DNA of 64,000 bases from Planctomycetota bacterium (GTDB taxonomy: Bacteria > Planctomycetota > PLA2 > JAEUHO01). The position numbers were made by a program, and so were the translations under genes. The notes beneath the pieces are model-generated. The model saw nothing but the letters and a program-made list of their open reading frames with translations, did no database searches and had not been told where the DNA came from. Location of the stretch: positions 1,568,001 through 1,632,000 of the forward strand of contig CBDCTJ010000007.1 of the NCBI GenBank assembly GCA_965222115.1. The letters are read 5' to 3'. Numbering within the stretch: position 1 is the stretch's first letter; the number at the start of each line of letters is the position of its first letter. Positions 55,828 through 64,000 of the stretch are shown here, one piece after another.

Positions 55828-56912
55828 TCGCCCGCTCGTTTCCAAAACCACTGGTGCGGCGGTCGGGGACGTAGTCCAACGCGCGCACGGGCATCGGTTT
55901 CGAAGCCATCCATCCATGCTTTTTGTGCGCGTTGCAACCGGACTCGCACGCCGTCGGGATCGGGCATTTTGCCGTAGATCATCGGGTCCATTCGTTTGAC
56001 ATATGCCTTCAGGAGTACGACGGCGTCATTGTCTCCTTCCAAGAACTTGTGATTGGGAATCGTATCTACGCGTCGCTTAAGTTCATTCGCGTCGCGCGGC
56101 TTGCCATGCCAAAGGGATAGAGCGAGCTTTTCCGTCGCAATCAATTCATCGAAAAACTGATCCGCCGCCGACTGTGCTCCGGCCGATGCCATGACTGGCA
56201 CCTGCTTGGCCAAACAGAATCCTGCACCGAGTACCGCGAGAACGGCGAGTCCCGTTGCGACTCCGTTCAGTTGATCTCGCGCCGGAAGTAGGAATACCAA
56301 AGTGCCGCCGCCGGCGGCCGCCACCACCATGGGCCATGGGTCACTTAGTGCGTTGGCTTCATCCGAGTCGGGCAAGTTGTGGGTGAACGCCCAATGGAGG
56401 ATGGCAAATATGACAAACGTCACGAAACACGATCGACGTACGGCCTTTCCGTCGGGCCCTGCGCGGATGCCCCACGCAAAGAGACCGCCCAACAAGGCAA
56501 CCACGGTTAAGAACCCGTGTGTTTGAGAAAAGACAGAATCGGGATGGCGATAGGCATGAAATGCCGCCGCGGCAGCGCCTCCAACCAACAGTACGACAAG
56601 CGTACGTGCCGCTCCTACGCGCATGAGCAACTGCGATCCCACGCTCCATGCGATCCACAGGGCAAAGATGAACCCTAACAACGATTGGAATAGCCAAATC
56701 GACGAGCCGATGCGCCACCACGCGCCTTCACCAACGACGCGATCCGGTATGGACGCGCCAAAACGGCTAAGCACCGACGCATCGGGCGTACCGGTTGCAA
56801 GCAACGGTCGGCCCGAAAATGGCTGACCGCTTTGCAGCAACATCCAGCCGTAGAGCGCGGCCCACACCAGGCAAATCACGACAAGAGGAAGACGAGGTTT
56901 GGTGCCAATCAT
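55824..56912 (-). CDS. Rhomboid-like membrane protein, apparently catalytically inactive, with C-terminal soluble domain
   Basis: L.RFGA...GAWWRI rhomboid L1 loop and TM layout, but no GxSG and no TM6 His. Confidence 0.65.
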   Translation of the reverse strand: MIGTKPRLPLVVICLVWAALYGWMLLQSGQPFSGRPLLATGTPDASVLSRFGASIPDRVVGEGAWWRIGSSIWLFQSLLGFIFALWIAWSVGSQLLMRVGAARTLVVLLVGGAAAAAFHAYRHPDSVFSQTHGFLTVVALLGGLFAWGIRAGPDGKAVRRSCFVTFVIFAILHWAFTHNLPDSDEANALSDPWPMVVAAAGGGTLVFLLPARDQLNGVATGLAVLAVLGAGFCLAKQVPVMASAGAQSAADQFFDELIATEKLALSLWHGKPRDANELKRRVDTIPNHKFLEGDNDAVVLLKAYVKRMDPMIYGKMPDPDGVRVRLQRAQKAWMDGFETDARARVGLRPRPPHQWFWKRAGE

Positions 56913-57817
56913 GATGCAGCTCGCGGATGGGCTTGCTTGTACACCGTCATCAAGTGATCCAATGTGAGATGCGTATATACCTGTGTGCTTGCCACACTCT
57001 TGTGTCCGAGTAGTTCCTGCACTTCGCGCAGATTGGCGCCAGCTTCAAGTAAATGCGTCGCAAAGCTGTGACGCAGCGTGTGGGGGCTGATGGAACGCGT
57101 CAATCCGGACACGCGCACGCGCTTTTCAAGCAAACGCGCAATGCCACGTGTACTCAAGCGTTTCCCGAAGCGATTGAGAAAAACGGGGCGAGGTGCAACA
57201 CGAATGCCACTCTTCTTGATCGCCTTGAAATAGTGATCCAGTGCCTCGAGGCAGGGACGACCGAGTCCTGCTAGGCGCTCCTTGCGTCCCTTGCCGCGCA
57301 GCAGCACCGTGCCGTCGTGGGTGTCTAGGTCGCCCATGTCCATCGCTGCCAGTTCAGCGAGACGCGCACCTGACGAGTAGAACGTCTCCAGCACTGCACG
57401 ATCTCTACAGCCTTGCCATGTGTCGGAGGTTGGCGCGCTGAGCAACTGATTGATTTCCTCTCGCGTTAACACGTCCGGTAGCGTGCGTCGTTTTCGAGGT
57501 TGCCGCAATCCCTCTGCGGGATTGGACCCAATGTGGCCCTCGCTCGACAGCCAACCAAAAAACGCGCGAATTGCGCTCACTTTTCGCGCGATGGTTCGCG
57601 GCGCCAGCTTGCGTTCACCAAGGGTTACGACGAACTTGCGCAGTGCGAATAGGTCCACCGCATCAACCGACGTAGCACCGAAGGTCGCGAGCCCGCGCGC
57701 AAGTTCATGCAAGTCACCCTGATATGCCCGCACAGTGTGAGACGAGAGATTTCGAACGCCCTCGATATAGACAAGAAAATCGTGTACAGCGTCCGTTGTG
57801 GATGATGCGCGGCTCAT
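56909..57817 (-). CDS. xerC: Tyrosine recombinase XerC-type
   Basis: SHTVRAY, RDRAVLETFYSSGARLAEL, GKGRKER, HTLRHSFATHLL, LLGH, TQVYTH. Confidence 0.88.
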   Translation of the reverse strand: MSRASSTTDAVHDFLVYIEGVRNLSSHTVRAYQGDLHELARGLATFGATSVDAVDLFALRKFVVTLGERKLAPRTIARKVSAIRAFFGWLSSEGHIGSNPAEGLRQPRKRRTLPDVLTREEINQLLSAPTSDTWQGCRDRAVLETFYSSGARLAELAAMDMGDLDTHDGTVLLRGKGRKERLAGLGRPCLEALDHYFKAIKKSGIRVAPRPVFLNRFGKRLSTRGIARLLEKRVRVSGLTRSISPHTLRHSFATHLLEAGANLREVQELLGHKSVASTQVYTHLTLDHLMTVYKQAHPRAAS

Positions 57818-59232
57818 GTGGGATCCTCGCGACCCGCCAGCGCCGCAAATAGCCCCTTGCCTTTGTCCAGTGTTTCGCGCCACTCGTCGACTGGATCGCT
57901 GGCAAGGGTGATGCCGCCGCCAACGCGGTACGTTGCGCGAGATCCCGATACGAGAATCGTTCGAATCGCCACACTTAGATCCATGCCACCCGCGGCATCC
58001 AGCCAACCGAGCGCACCGCAATACGGTCCGCGTCCTTCGCCTTCCAGCTCGTCAATGATCTCCATGGCGCGCACTTTGGGCGCACCCGTGACGCTACCTG
58101 GCGGAAACGCTGCAATCAACGCATCGATACGATCCAGTCCTTTACGCAGGCGTCCTTGTACGACGCCTATCGCTTGATGCACACGGGCGAAACGAATCAG
58201 CTTACGCGCCTGCAACACACGAATCGTGCCCGATGTGCAACTTCGTGCGAGATCATTGCGAGACAGATCAACAATCATGGCCAGTTCCGCGCGGTCCTTT
58301 TCGCTCATCTCTAACGCGCGTCGAAGTTCGCGATCTTCCTTGCGTGTCTTGCCGCGCGGGCGCGTGCCCTTCATGGGATCCGTCTCGACTGTGCGTCCGC
58401 GCACACGCAAAAAGCGTTCGGGACTGGCCGAGAGAATCGCGCGGTCGTCACCGAGCTCGAGGTAGGTCATGTACGGCGCCGGTTGCGACTCGGCGAGTCG
58501 TTCGAACAACACATGGGGTGGCGCGTGCACACGGGCGTCAAAGCGTTGGGAGATGTTGGACTGGAAAATGTCGCCTCGCAGCACAGCTTGCTTGGCCGCA
58601 CGAATCAGTGAGGTGTACTCGTTCCGTGGCACCGCGGGTTGGGGCGACGTGTTTGGTGGAGATGCTGCGTCCATCGACTTGCCGTGAGTTTTGGCTTTTG
58701 CAACGCGTTTTGCGATGCGTCGGAGACGTTGGGCAGCATCTCGCTCGTTGGCTCCCAATGTGCAAACGAACGCAACGTTTGAGCGATGATTCCACGCCAC
58801 AACATGTTGATAGAATCCGAACCATAGCGCCGGAAACCCCAGCGGACTTCGACGCACCTTTGGTTTGCTCTCAATACCTGAACGGGCCTCATAGCCGAGC
58901 ACACCAGCCCAGCCGCCAATAAATGGCACGCCCTTTCGATCGCCCTTCATGTTGTCCGGGCGGAGTGGATCCAACGCGCGTTCAAGTGTGCGCCTGGAAC
59001 GAATGGTCCTGACCGTGGTAACGTCCGTGGGCCCCCAGCTTAGGAATGACCACGGCGTTCCCCGCGCGCCCCCGCCTGACGCGTGTCGGAGAAATACATG
59101 GGCTTCGGACGCGACCGCACGAAACACGTCAAGCGGAGGCGGGCAGTCACGGAGGGGCTCGACGGCGCAGTGCCATGCCCGCGAATTCGCATGTGGTTGG
59201 TTCACGGCGCTTTGCGCCGCCACGCGCGACAT
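57814..59232 (-). CDS. pabB: Aminodeoxychorismate synthase component I
   Basis: GDIFQ, SASPERFL, PMKGT (Lys of PabB rather than the Ala of TrpE PIAGT), MIVDLSRNDL, GSVTGAPK. Confidence 0.82.
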   Translation of the reverse strand: MSRVAAQSAVNQPHANSRAWHCAVEPLRDCPPPLDVFRAVASEAHVFLRHASGGGARGTPWSFLSWGPTDVTTVRTIRSRRTLERALDPLRPDNMKGDRKGVPFIGGWAGVLGYEARSGIESKPKVRRSPLGFPALWFGFYQHVVAWNHRSNVAFVCTLGANERDAAQRLRRIAKRVAKAKTHGKSMDAASPPNTSPQPAVPRNEYTSLIRAAKQAVLRGDIFQSNISQRFDARVHAPPHVLFERLAESQPAPYMTYLELGDDRAILSASPERFLRVRGRTVETDPMKGTRPRGKTRKEDRELRRALEMSEKDRAELAMIVDLSRNDLARSCTSGTIRVLQARKLIRFARVHQAIGVVQGRLRKGLDRIDALIAAFPPGSVTGAPKVRAMEIIDELEGEGRGPYCGALGWLDAAGGMDLSVAIRTILVSGSRATYRVGGGITLASDPVDEWRETLDKGKGLFAALAGREDPT

Positions 59233-59560
59233 GTCAGGCCGACCGCGGGTGGTGCGCACACCTTTCGCCGTCGCTTGCGGGGACTTGAGGTTGCGAGTCG
59301 AGCGAGGCACACGGCGGATTGTAGGTGTCTACATGCAGTACCCCGCGAGCTCCGTGTCTCGTTGGCGCAATTGACTATCAATACACAAACAAGTGGATCG
59401 GCTTGCCCATAGTTTTGGGGACTGACGGCCACCTACGTGGCCAGCGAATCGTCTAGGATAGGCGCGCCGGCTGCGTGAGCCGCCGGAGGCAGTTCCGGAC
59501 TGCCCCATTGCCATGGCGCGTGTTTGTGTCACGGCAAAGTCAGCAACGTTGGAGGTTCCC

Positions 59561-60586
59561 ATGAACCGCGCCGCATCCCTTCTCCTCCGAGTCACCCGCC
59601 ATGACGTGGCATTGCTCTCCCTGCGTGGGCTTGCGCTGTGTGCGTTCGCCATGCTGGTCGCACTTCCCTCGGCCTACGCCAAGGAAGAAAAGAAGAGTCA
59701 AGAACCCGCCGTGTTGATTGCCGACGCGATGAACGACCTCAACGAACTCAAGGGGTTGATCAAGAAAAAGAAGTCGAAGAACGACGAGATTATCACCTAC
59801 TTGGATTTGCTGGGCAAAGCGTACGGAAATCTACAAAAGCCTGAGGCACCCGCCGAAGACGCCGACGAAGAGTTTAAGAAGGTCTATAAGAAGGCTATGG
59901 GCGATTACGAGAAAGACGCCGCAAAGTTTCGTGGTGATGCCGTGAAACAACTCAAGTCCGCCCTCAAGCTCACGAAGGTGAAAGGCTCGGTCAACGAACG
60001 CAACGATGTCAACATCAAGGCGGCACAAGTGCTTGGTTCCTTGGCACCGACGCTGGATGAAAAGGGTCGTAAATCGATCTCCAAGACCGTTCGAACGACT
60101 ATCGAGAAAAGCTTCCAAAAGGCCAAGCACGACATGGATACGGACCTACTCAACGCTGCGTTCGGCGCGTTGGGCAGTTTGGGCGACATCGATAGCCTCA
60201 TGTGGATGGCCGACAACTTCACGCACTCCAATGAGGTCGAGAAGGAGTTTTTGATTGCGGCGCAGTCTGCGATGCGAAAGTACCCCGCGAAGGACGTGCC
60301 TGGGAAGGTTCGCTACGCCATTTGCAAGCAGATGATCACAACCTATGCGGGTGTTGAAGCCCAGGCCGAACAGAACTCCACCGATCAAAAGGTTCAAGCA
60401 AAGAAGCGCTTCTGGGACGACATCAAGACCTACACCATTCCTGCGGTGCAGCACTTCACCAATAACCCGTTGGATGAGGAAGACGAACCCATCGCCTCGA
60501 TGGCCGGATTCCAAAAGTGGTGGCGCGCACACAAGCGGCCGGGCGATGCCGTTTGGAAGGGTGAGAAGAAGAAAAAGAAGAAGTAG
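59561..60586 (+). CDS. Exported all-helical protein with poly-Lys tail
   Basis: GGAGGT RBS, signal peptide ...PSAYA-KE, HEAT-like helices, FQKWW, ends GEKKKKKK. Confidence 0.8.
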   Translation: MNRAASLLLRVTRHDVALLSLRGLALCAFAMLVALPSAYAKEEKKSQEPAVLIADAMNDLNELKGLIKKKKSKNDEIITYLDLLGKAYGNLQKPEAPAEDADEEFKKVYKKAMGDYEKDAAKFRGDAVKQLKSALKLTKVKGSVNERNDVNIKAAQVLGSLAPTLDEKGRKSISKTVRTTIEKSFQKAKHDMDTDLLNAAFGALGSLGDIDSLMWMADNFTHSNEVEKEFLIAAQSAMRKYPAKDVPGKVRYAICKQMITTYAGVEAQAEQNSTDQKVQAKKRFWDDIKTYTIPAVQHFTNNPLDEEDEPIASMAGFQKWWRAHKRPGDAVWKGEKKKKKK

Positions 60587-60687
60587 TAGTCGTTGCGCCT
60601 CGTTCGCGAAGGCCTCGTCCCAAGAAGGGCGCGCGTACGAATCACATTCCGCCTTCGGGGCACGCCCAGGGGCATCAAAGGGAATCC

Positions 60688-61347
60688 ATGGCAGCACGCG
60701 ATTGGACGCCCTCCGTCATCATCACTGCCATGGCATCGCTGGCGACTGTGCTTGTGGTGTGGGTCGCTGCGCCCGATGGCGCGAGCTTCGATGCCCGGCG
60801 ACCCAATCGCCCGCGACGGCACGCACCCACTGAAGTCGCGGTGTGGGTTGGCGACATTGCGCCCGACGTACGCGCCGTTTTGGCGCCCGTGTGGGGTGAT
60901 CCCGGTGCGGATCGCGATCACGATGCGGCACTCAACAAGCGTTTGGGTCTAGGCGGTGACCAATCGCTGACATTTTTCCGATTGATGCTGTTCAACGTGG
61001 GTGGGGGTCCGCACCGATTCAAGATGGGAGAGGGTCTTGTGACCGTCGATGTCGGTGAGACGCGGGCGTTGCGCTCCGTCTGGGACATGGTCGAGCGCGG
61101 GTCACTCACGCTCACGGACGATCTTCGCTTCTCCCTGAAGGGATTGGGGCTGCTCGCCCGTGACGTTGAGATTCCTCCTTCGCAGATGGTCAACCTCGTC
61201 GTCGCTTTCGATGCGGGAACGTCGCTTGGAAAGGCGACATCCGTCCATACCGTGAAGGGCGGCGCCCTCCGGCGTCGTCAGATGACTCGGGAGCGTCTTC
61301 ACGCATTGATGGAGCGACCCGACGAAGAGCGAATTCGAAACCTCTGA
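60688..61347 (+). CDS. Membrane-anchored hypothetical protein
   Basis: N-terminal TM helix, beta-rich body, operon position. Confidence 0.7.
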   Translation: MAARDWTPSVIITAMASLATVLVVWVAAPDGASFDARRPNRPRRHAPTEVAVWVGDIAPDVRAVLAPVWGDPGADRDHDAALNKRLGLGGDQSLTFFRLMLFNVGGGPHRFKMGEGLVTVDVGETRALRSVWDMVERGSLTLTDDLRFSLKGLGLLARDVEIPPSQMVNLVVAFDAGTSLGKATSVHTVKGGALRRRQMTRERLHALMERPDEERIRNL

Positions 61348-61473
61348 TCGCGCCGTCGCGGGAGAGGCCTCGAAGACGCCCACCCCGAACTTACCCCTTG
61401 TTGTTTCGTTGCGGACGCGTCTAGGGAGGCGCCCAAGACAAGCACACGCCGGGGATCAACGGAACCAAACGTC

Positions 61474-63225
61474 ATGATTCACCCCGAAGGTGCCCAGCCT
61501 CCCGAAGGGACGCCGGTTGACCCCTATATCGGTCGACGCGGATTCGACAGCGAGCGCGGGCAGGCGCCAACCGAAGTCGTGCTTGCCGGAGGCGAACGTG
61601 GCTCGAGTACGGGTATGCCGGTGCCAACTGAGGGCGGCCGGGGTCTCCATCCCCGCGAGGTTCACGCAAAGGAAATGGCCCAAGCGTTTCGCATGAACGC
61701 AGAGGCCCTGAGTCGTCTGCAGAAGATGCAGGAAGATCTCGCCAAGTCGGTACGCCGCTCCGATCGATCCGAAATGGTGCTCCAGTCCACCGAGGCGCTC
61801 AATGACACGTTTCGAAATCTCACGTATGTGCAAAAGGAACTGCTAGATCGTATTGACGAAGGCAAAAGGGCACGCGCACGCTCTCCGTTGATTCCGCTCA
61901 TGATTCTGGGTGTCTTGGCTGCAGTTATCGGTTGTACCTACGCGATCATAAAACGCATCGAGAGCGCCGCCGGCACGCGGGAAGACACAGAGTTAACGGC
62001 TGAACGATTGATGGAGTCGTTTCAGGATGGTCGTCGCGATGCGATGACACTGAGTGAGACGCGACTCGAGTCACTGAAGTCGGAGTTGGACGAAGAGCGC
62101 CGTCGACGCCAGGAACGCGTGGACGAATTTGAAGAGCAGTTGGCTAAGAAAAAGTCCGAGAGCGAAGAGCTTCGTCGCCAGAACGACCGTCTGCAAATCG
62201 AGCAGGCCGAGATGGCACAACAAGTCAAGCGCGGACATCATCTTGCAGTTGAGAAACAGGTGCTCGAAGACCAGCTCAAGCAAGTGGCAACGAAACAAGC
62301 TACGGTGGATAACGTAATAGGTCGCCTTCAAGCCGATCTTGCGCGGGCGAAGCGCGACAACACGGAGCTCCGTTCACGATTTGCTGCGCATGGCCTCGGC
62401 CTACCCCCCGATCCGAACTATGGCGATGAGGCCGACAATTATCCGCCGCCGCCGTCCACCCTTGACTTGCGAACAGGCAAGAATCGTTCGGTGGGCGACG
62501 ATGTGCCCGCTGCCAACCGTTCGTCGAACCGTTCCCGCGAGGACAAGATTCGAGAGGCGAAGAACATTTTGCGAGATATGGAACGTCGCGGTGACCCGCG
62601 CGTCTCACGTTCGAATACTCCGCTGCGCTCGCCCAGAGCAGGAGCCGTGGCGCCGGTTGCCCCATCGTCGGGAAGGGCAGCCAGCACAAAGCGCGACACC
62701 CCCGTGTCTCGTCCCGCAGCAGCACGTGTCGTTGGTTCCGGGGATCTTGATTCGCCGCCTGGACTCGCGAGCCGTTCGTCATCCCGCGCTGGGCCCCGCC
62801 AACCCATCATGAATGCACCGCGCGTCGATCGCGCGCGTGCGGGGTCGTCCGTTCAGGCCGCCGAATCCACGCGCATCAAAAAAATGCTGAATCGCTTGCT
62901 CGCCGCAAGTACGACGTCGCGAACCGGCGAATTTTGGCAACTCAAACAAGTACGTTCGCTGCGCGCAGATTGTTTTGAGGGTATCGAAGCTTGGCGTTAC
63001 GACGAGTCCGGACACGTGGTTGAGAAAATCAATGCTGGGGAGATGCGCGTGTTCGTTGACCGATCCCGTCACGTCGTCGAGTTCGTTTTCCGCGCCGGCC
63101 AGCGCACGATGGGCCCCCGTCGCGAAGCACTAAACGTTCGCGGCCACACGGCGCTCATAGCTGAGGGCAAAGATCAGGCGCAGTCGTGGGTGTCTTCCGG
63201 CCTAAAGATGATCCGCGTTCGCTAG
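61474..63225 (+). CDS. Single-TM long coiled-coil protein with disordered linker and C-terminal beta domain
   Basis: TM helix at aa ~140-160, ~140-aa E/Q/R coiled coil, P/S/R-rich linker, beta-rich C-terminus. Confidence 0.78.
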   Translation: MIHPEGAQPPEGTPVDPYIGRRGFDSERGQAPTEVVLAGGERGSSTGMPVPTEGGRGLHPREVHAKEMAQAFRMNAEALSRLQKMQEDLAKSVRRSDRSEMVLQSTEALNDTFRNLTYVQKELLDRIDEGKRARARSPLIPLMILGVLAAVIGCTYAIIKRIESAAGTREDTELTAERLMESFQDGRRDAMTLSETRLESLKSELDEERRRRQERVDEFEEQLAKKKSESEELRRQNDRLQIEQAEMAQQVKRGHHLAVEKQVLEDQLKQVATKQATVDNVIGRLQADLARAKRDNTELRSRFAAHGLGLPPDPNYGDEADNYPPPPSTLDLRTGKNRSVGDDVPAANRSSNRSREDKIREAKNILRDMERRGDPRVSRSNTPLRSPRAGAVAPVAPSSGRAASTKRDTPVSRPAAARVVGSGDLDSPPGLASRSSSRAGPRQPIMNAPRVDRARAGSSVQAAESTRIKKMLNRLLAASTTSRTGEFWQLKQVRSLRADCFEGIEAWRYDESGHVVEKINAGEMRVFVDRSRHVVEFVFRAGQRTMGPRREALNVRGHTALIAEGKDQAQSWVSSGLKMIRVR

Positions 63226-63279
63226 TCACCTCGTCCGACTACTCAGCGGCCGCGCACACTCACGTAGCACTCCGCGCAC

Positions 63280-63466
63280 TTCCCCAATCTGAAACCGAAT
63301 CTTAATCTGTTTCCTGACCCGGTTCTTACGCCGCCTTGCCCTCACACAGGTTCATGCTGACTTGACGATTGAAGGCGTTTGGAACAAGGTTAGGTGAAAA
63401 GTTCAGATTCGGAGAAGGATACGGGCGCAAGCGAAGAGGATTGGGGCATATTGTCGGATTGGGGAA
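63280..63466. repeat. Inverted, degenerate hexamer-periodic repeat element
   Basis: Terminal IR TTCCCCAATC/GATTGGGGAA; both arms are built of CYnnnn hexamers. Confidence 0.6.
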
Positions 63467-63500
63467 TAGCGTCGGGCTTTGTATTCAGGAACAGCCCTCG

Positions 63501-63851
63501 CTACATATCGTTCGGATTCACCAACTGAAACCAGTACCCGTCCGGGTCGCGGAATGTGAGACATTTGGGGGAGCCGTCGGTGCCGTCCATGGTGACACCG
63601 TGCGCTTCTAATGCTGCGCGAGTTGCGGCAAGGTCGTCCGTGTAAAGCACCAGCGCGTGACCGCCGACGCCGTAGCTGGATCCCGTGGGTGGGGATGTGC
63701 CCGGTCGCAGGAGCAGTTCCGTTTCGCCAAGCGAAATCCATGCAACGCCTCCCTGCATGGGGACAGCGTCCTTAAAGCCAAGCGCGCCTATGTAGAACTC
63801 GCGAGCGGCTACGACGTCGCGAACAAAGCGTTCAATGTGTCCTAGTTTCAC
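63501..63851 (-). CDS. VOC/glyoxalase-family protein
   Basis: LGHIERFVRD...AREFY...LG, DDLAA...L, FRDPDGYWFQL. Confidence 0.88.
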   Translation of the reverse strand: MKLGHIERFVRDVVAAREFYIGALGFKDAVPMQGGVAWISLGETELLLRPGTSPPTGSSYGVGGHALVLYTDDLAATRAALEAHGVTMDGTDGSPKCLTFRDPDGYWFQLVNPNDM

Positions 63852-64000
63852 GGGTCGGATTCTAGTTCGAACTCGACGCCCAGAGCATCTATTCGGCAAC
63901 GCACTCAGTGCACAAGTTTCGCTGGCCAAACATCCTGATAGTGACGTGCAAGTTTGGTCCACGATGCGTCCCTGCTTTCGGTCACCTTACGACCAGGTAT

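Noticed and set aside
56909-57817. Tyrosine recombinase as a prophage or island integrase near tRNA-Glu
   Set aside because: Size and motifs fit housekeeping XerC/D, it is embedded in an overlapping core operon, and there are no phage genes or att duplication.
57814-59232. Anthranilate synthase trpE
   Set aside because: PMKGT carries the PabB-type Lys rather than TrpE PIAGT, and no trp genes are adjacent.
59370-59382. ATTGACTATCAAT dyad as an FNR/CRP box in the divergent pabB promoter region
   Set aside because: Spacing (TTGA-N3-TCAA) does not fit TTGAT-N4-ATCAA; too short to support on its own.
1-64000. CRISPR array, rRNA, transposase, reverse transcriptase/DGR
   Set aside because: No regularly spaced repeats, rRNA-like sequence, DDE/HUH or RT motifs were seen by eye; short or degenerate cases could have been missed.

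Overview
High-GC bacterial chromosomal segment (roughly 60% GC, estimated by eye). It is most likely from a deep-branching, uncultured Planctomycetota. This is inferred from the DUF4388-type/TPR/HEAT protein repertoire, the ribH-nusB-ftsY order and secretin-like motifs; no database search was run. The left end holds an N-terminally truncated RHS/YD polymorphic toxin with an unrecognised His-rich C-terminal tip and an overlapping putative immunity gene, then a GspC-like PDZ protein and tRNA-Lys(TTT). The rest is mostly core genes: fur/perR, purC, aroA, bacterioferritin-like, ppk2, ispF, cyclophilin, ftsY, nusB, ribH, moeA, lnt, a complete mreB-mreC-mreD-mrdA-rodA cluster with a frameshifted S41 protease, tsaD, a two-component module, tRNA-Glu(TTC), xerC and pabB. 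These are interleaved with many exported alpha-solenoid proteins. Most interesting: (1) two tandem HEAT-repeat paralogs share a highly conserved ~45-aa insert resembling the central-gate hairpin of planctomycete secretins; (2) the RHS toxin/immunity pair; (3) a ~170-nt G.U-supported, 6S-like hairpin after tRNA-Glu; (4) an inverted hexamer-periodic repeat element; (5) recurrent C-rich-left/G-rich-right composition flips at gene junctions; (6) an MreC-like protein in front of mreB, a catalytically dead rhomboid, and an NtrC-like regulator lacking its AAA+ domain. All homology calls come from motif recognition by eye.
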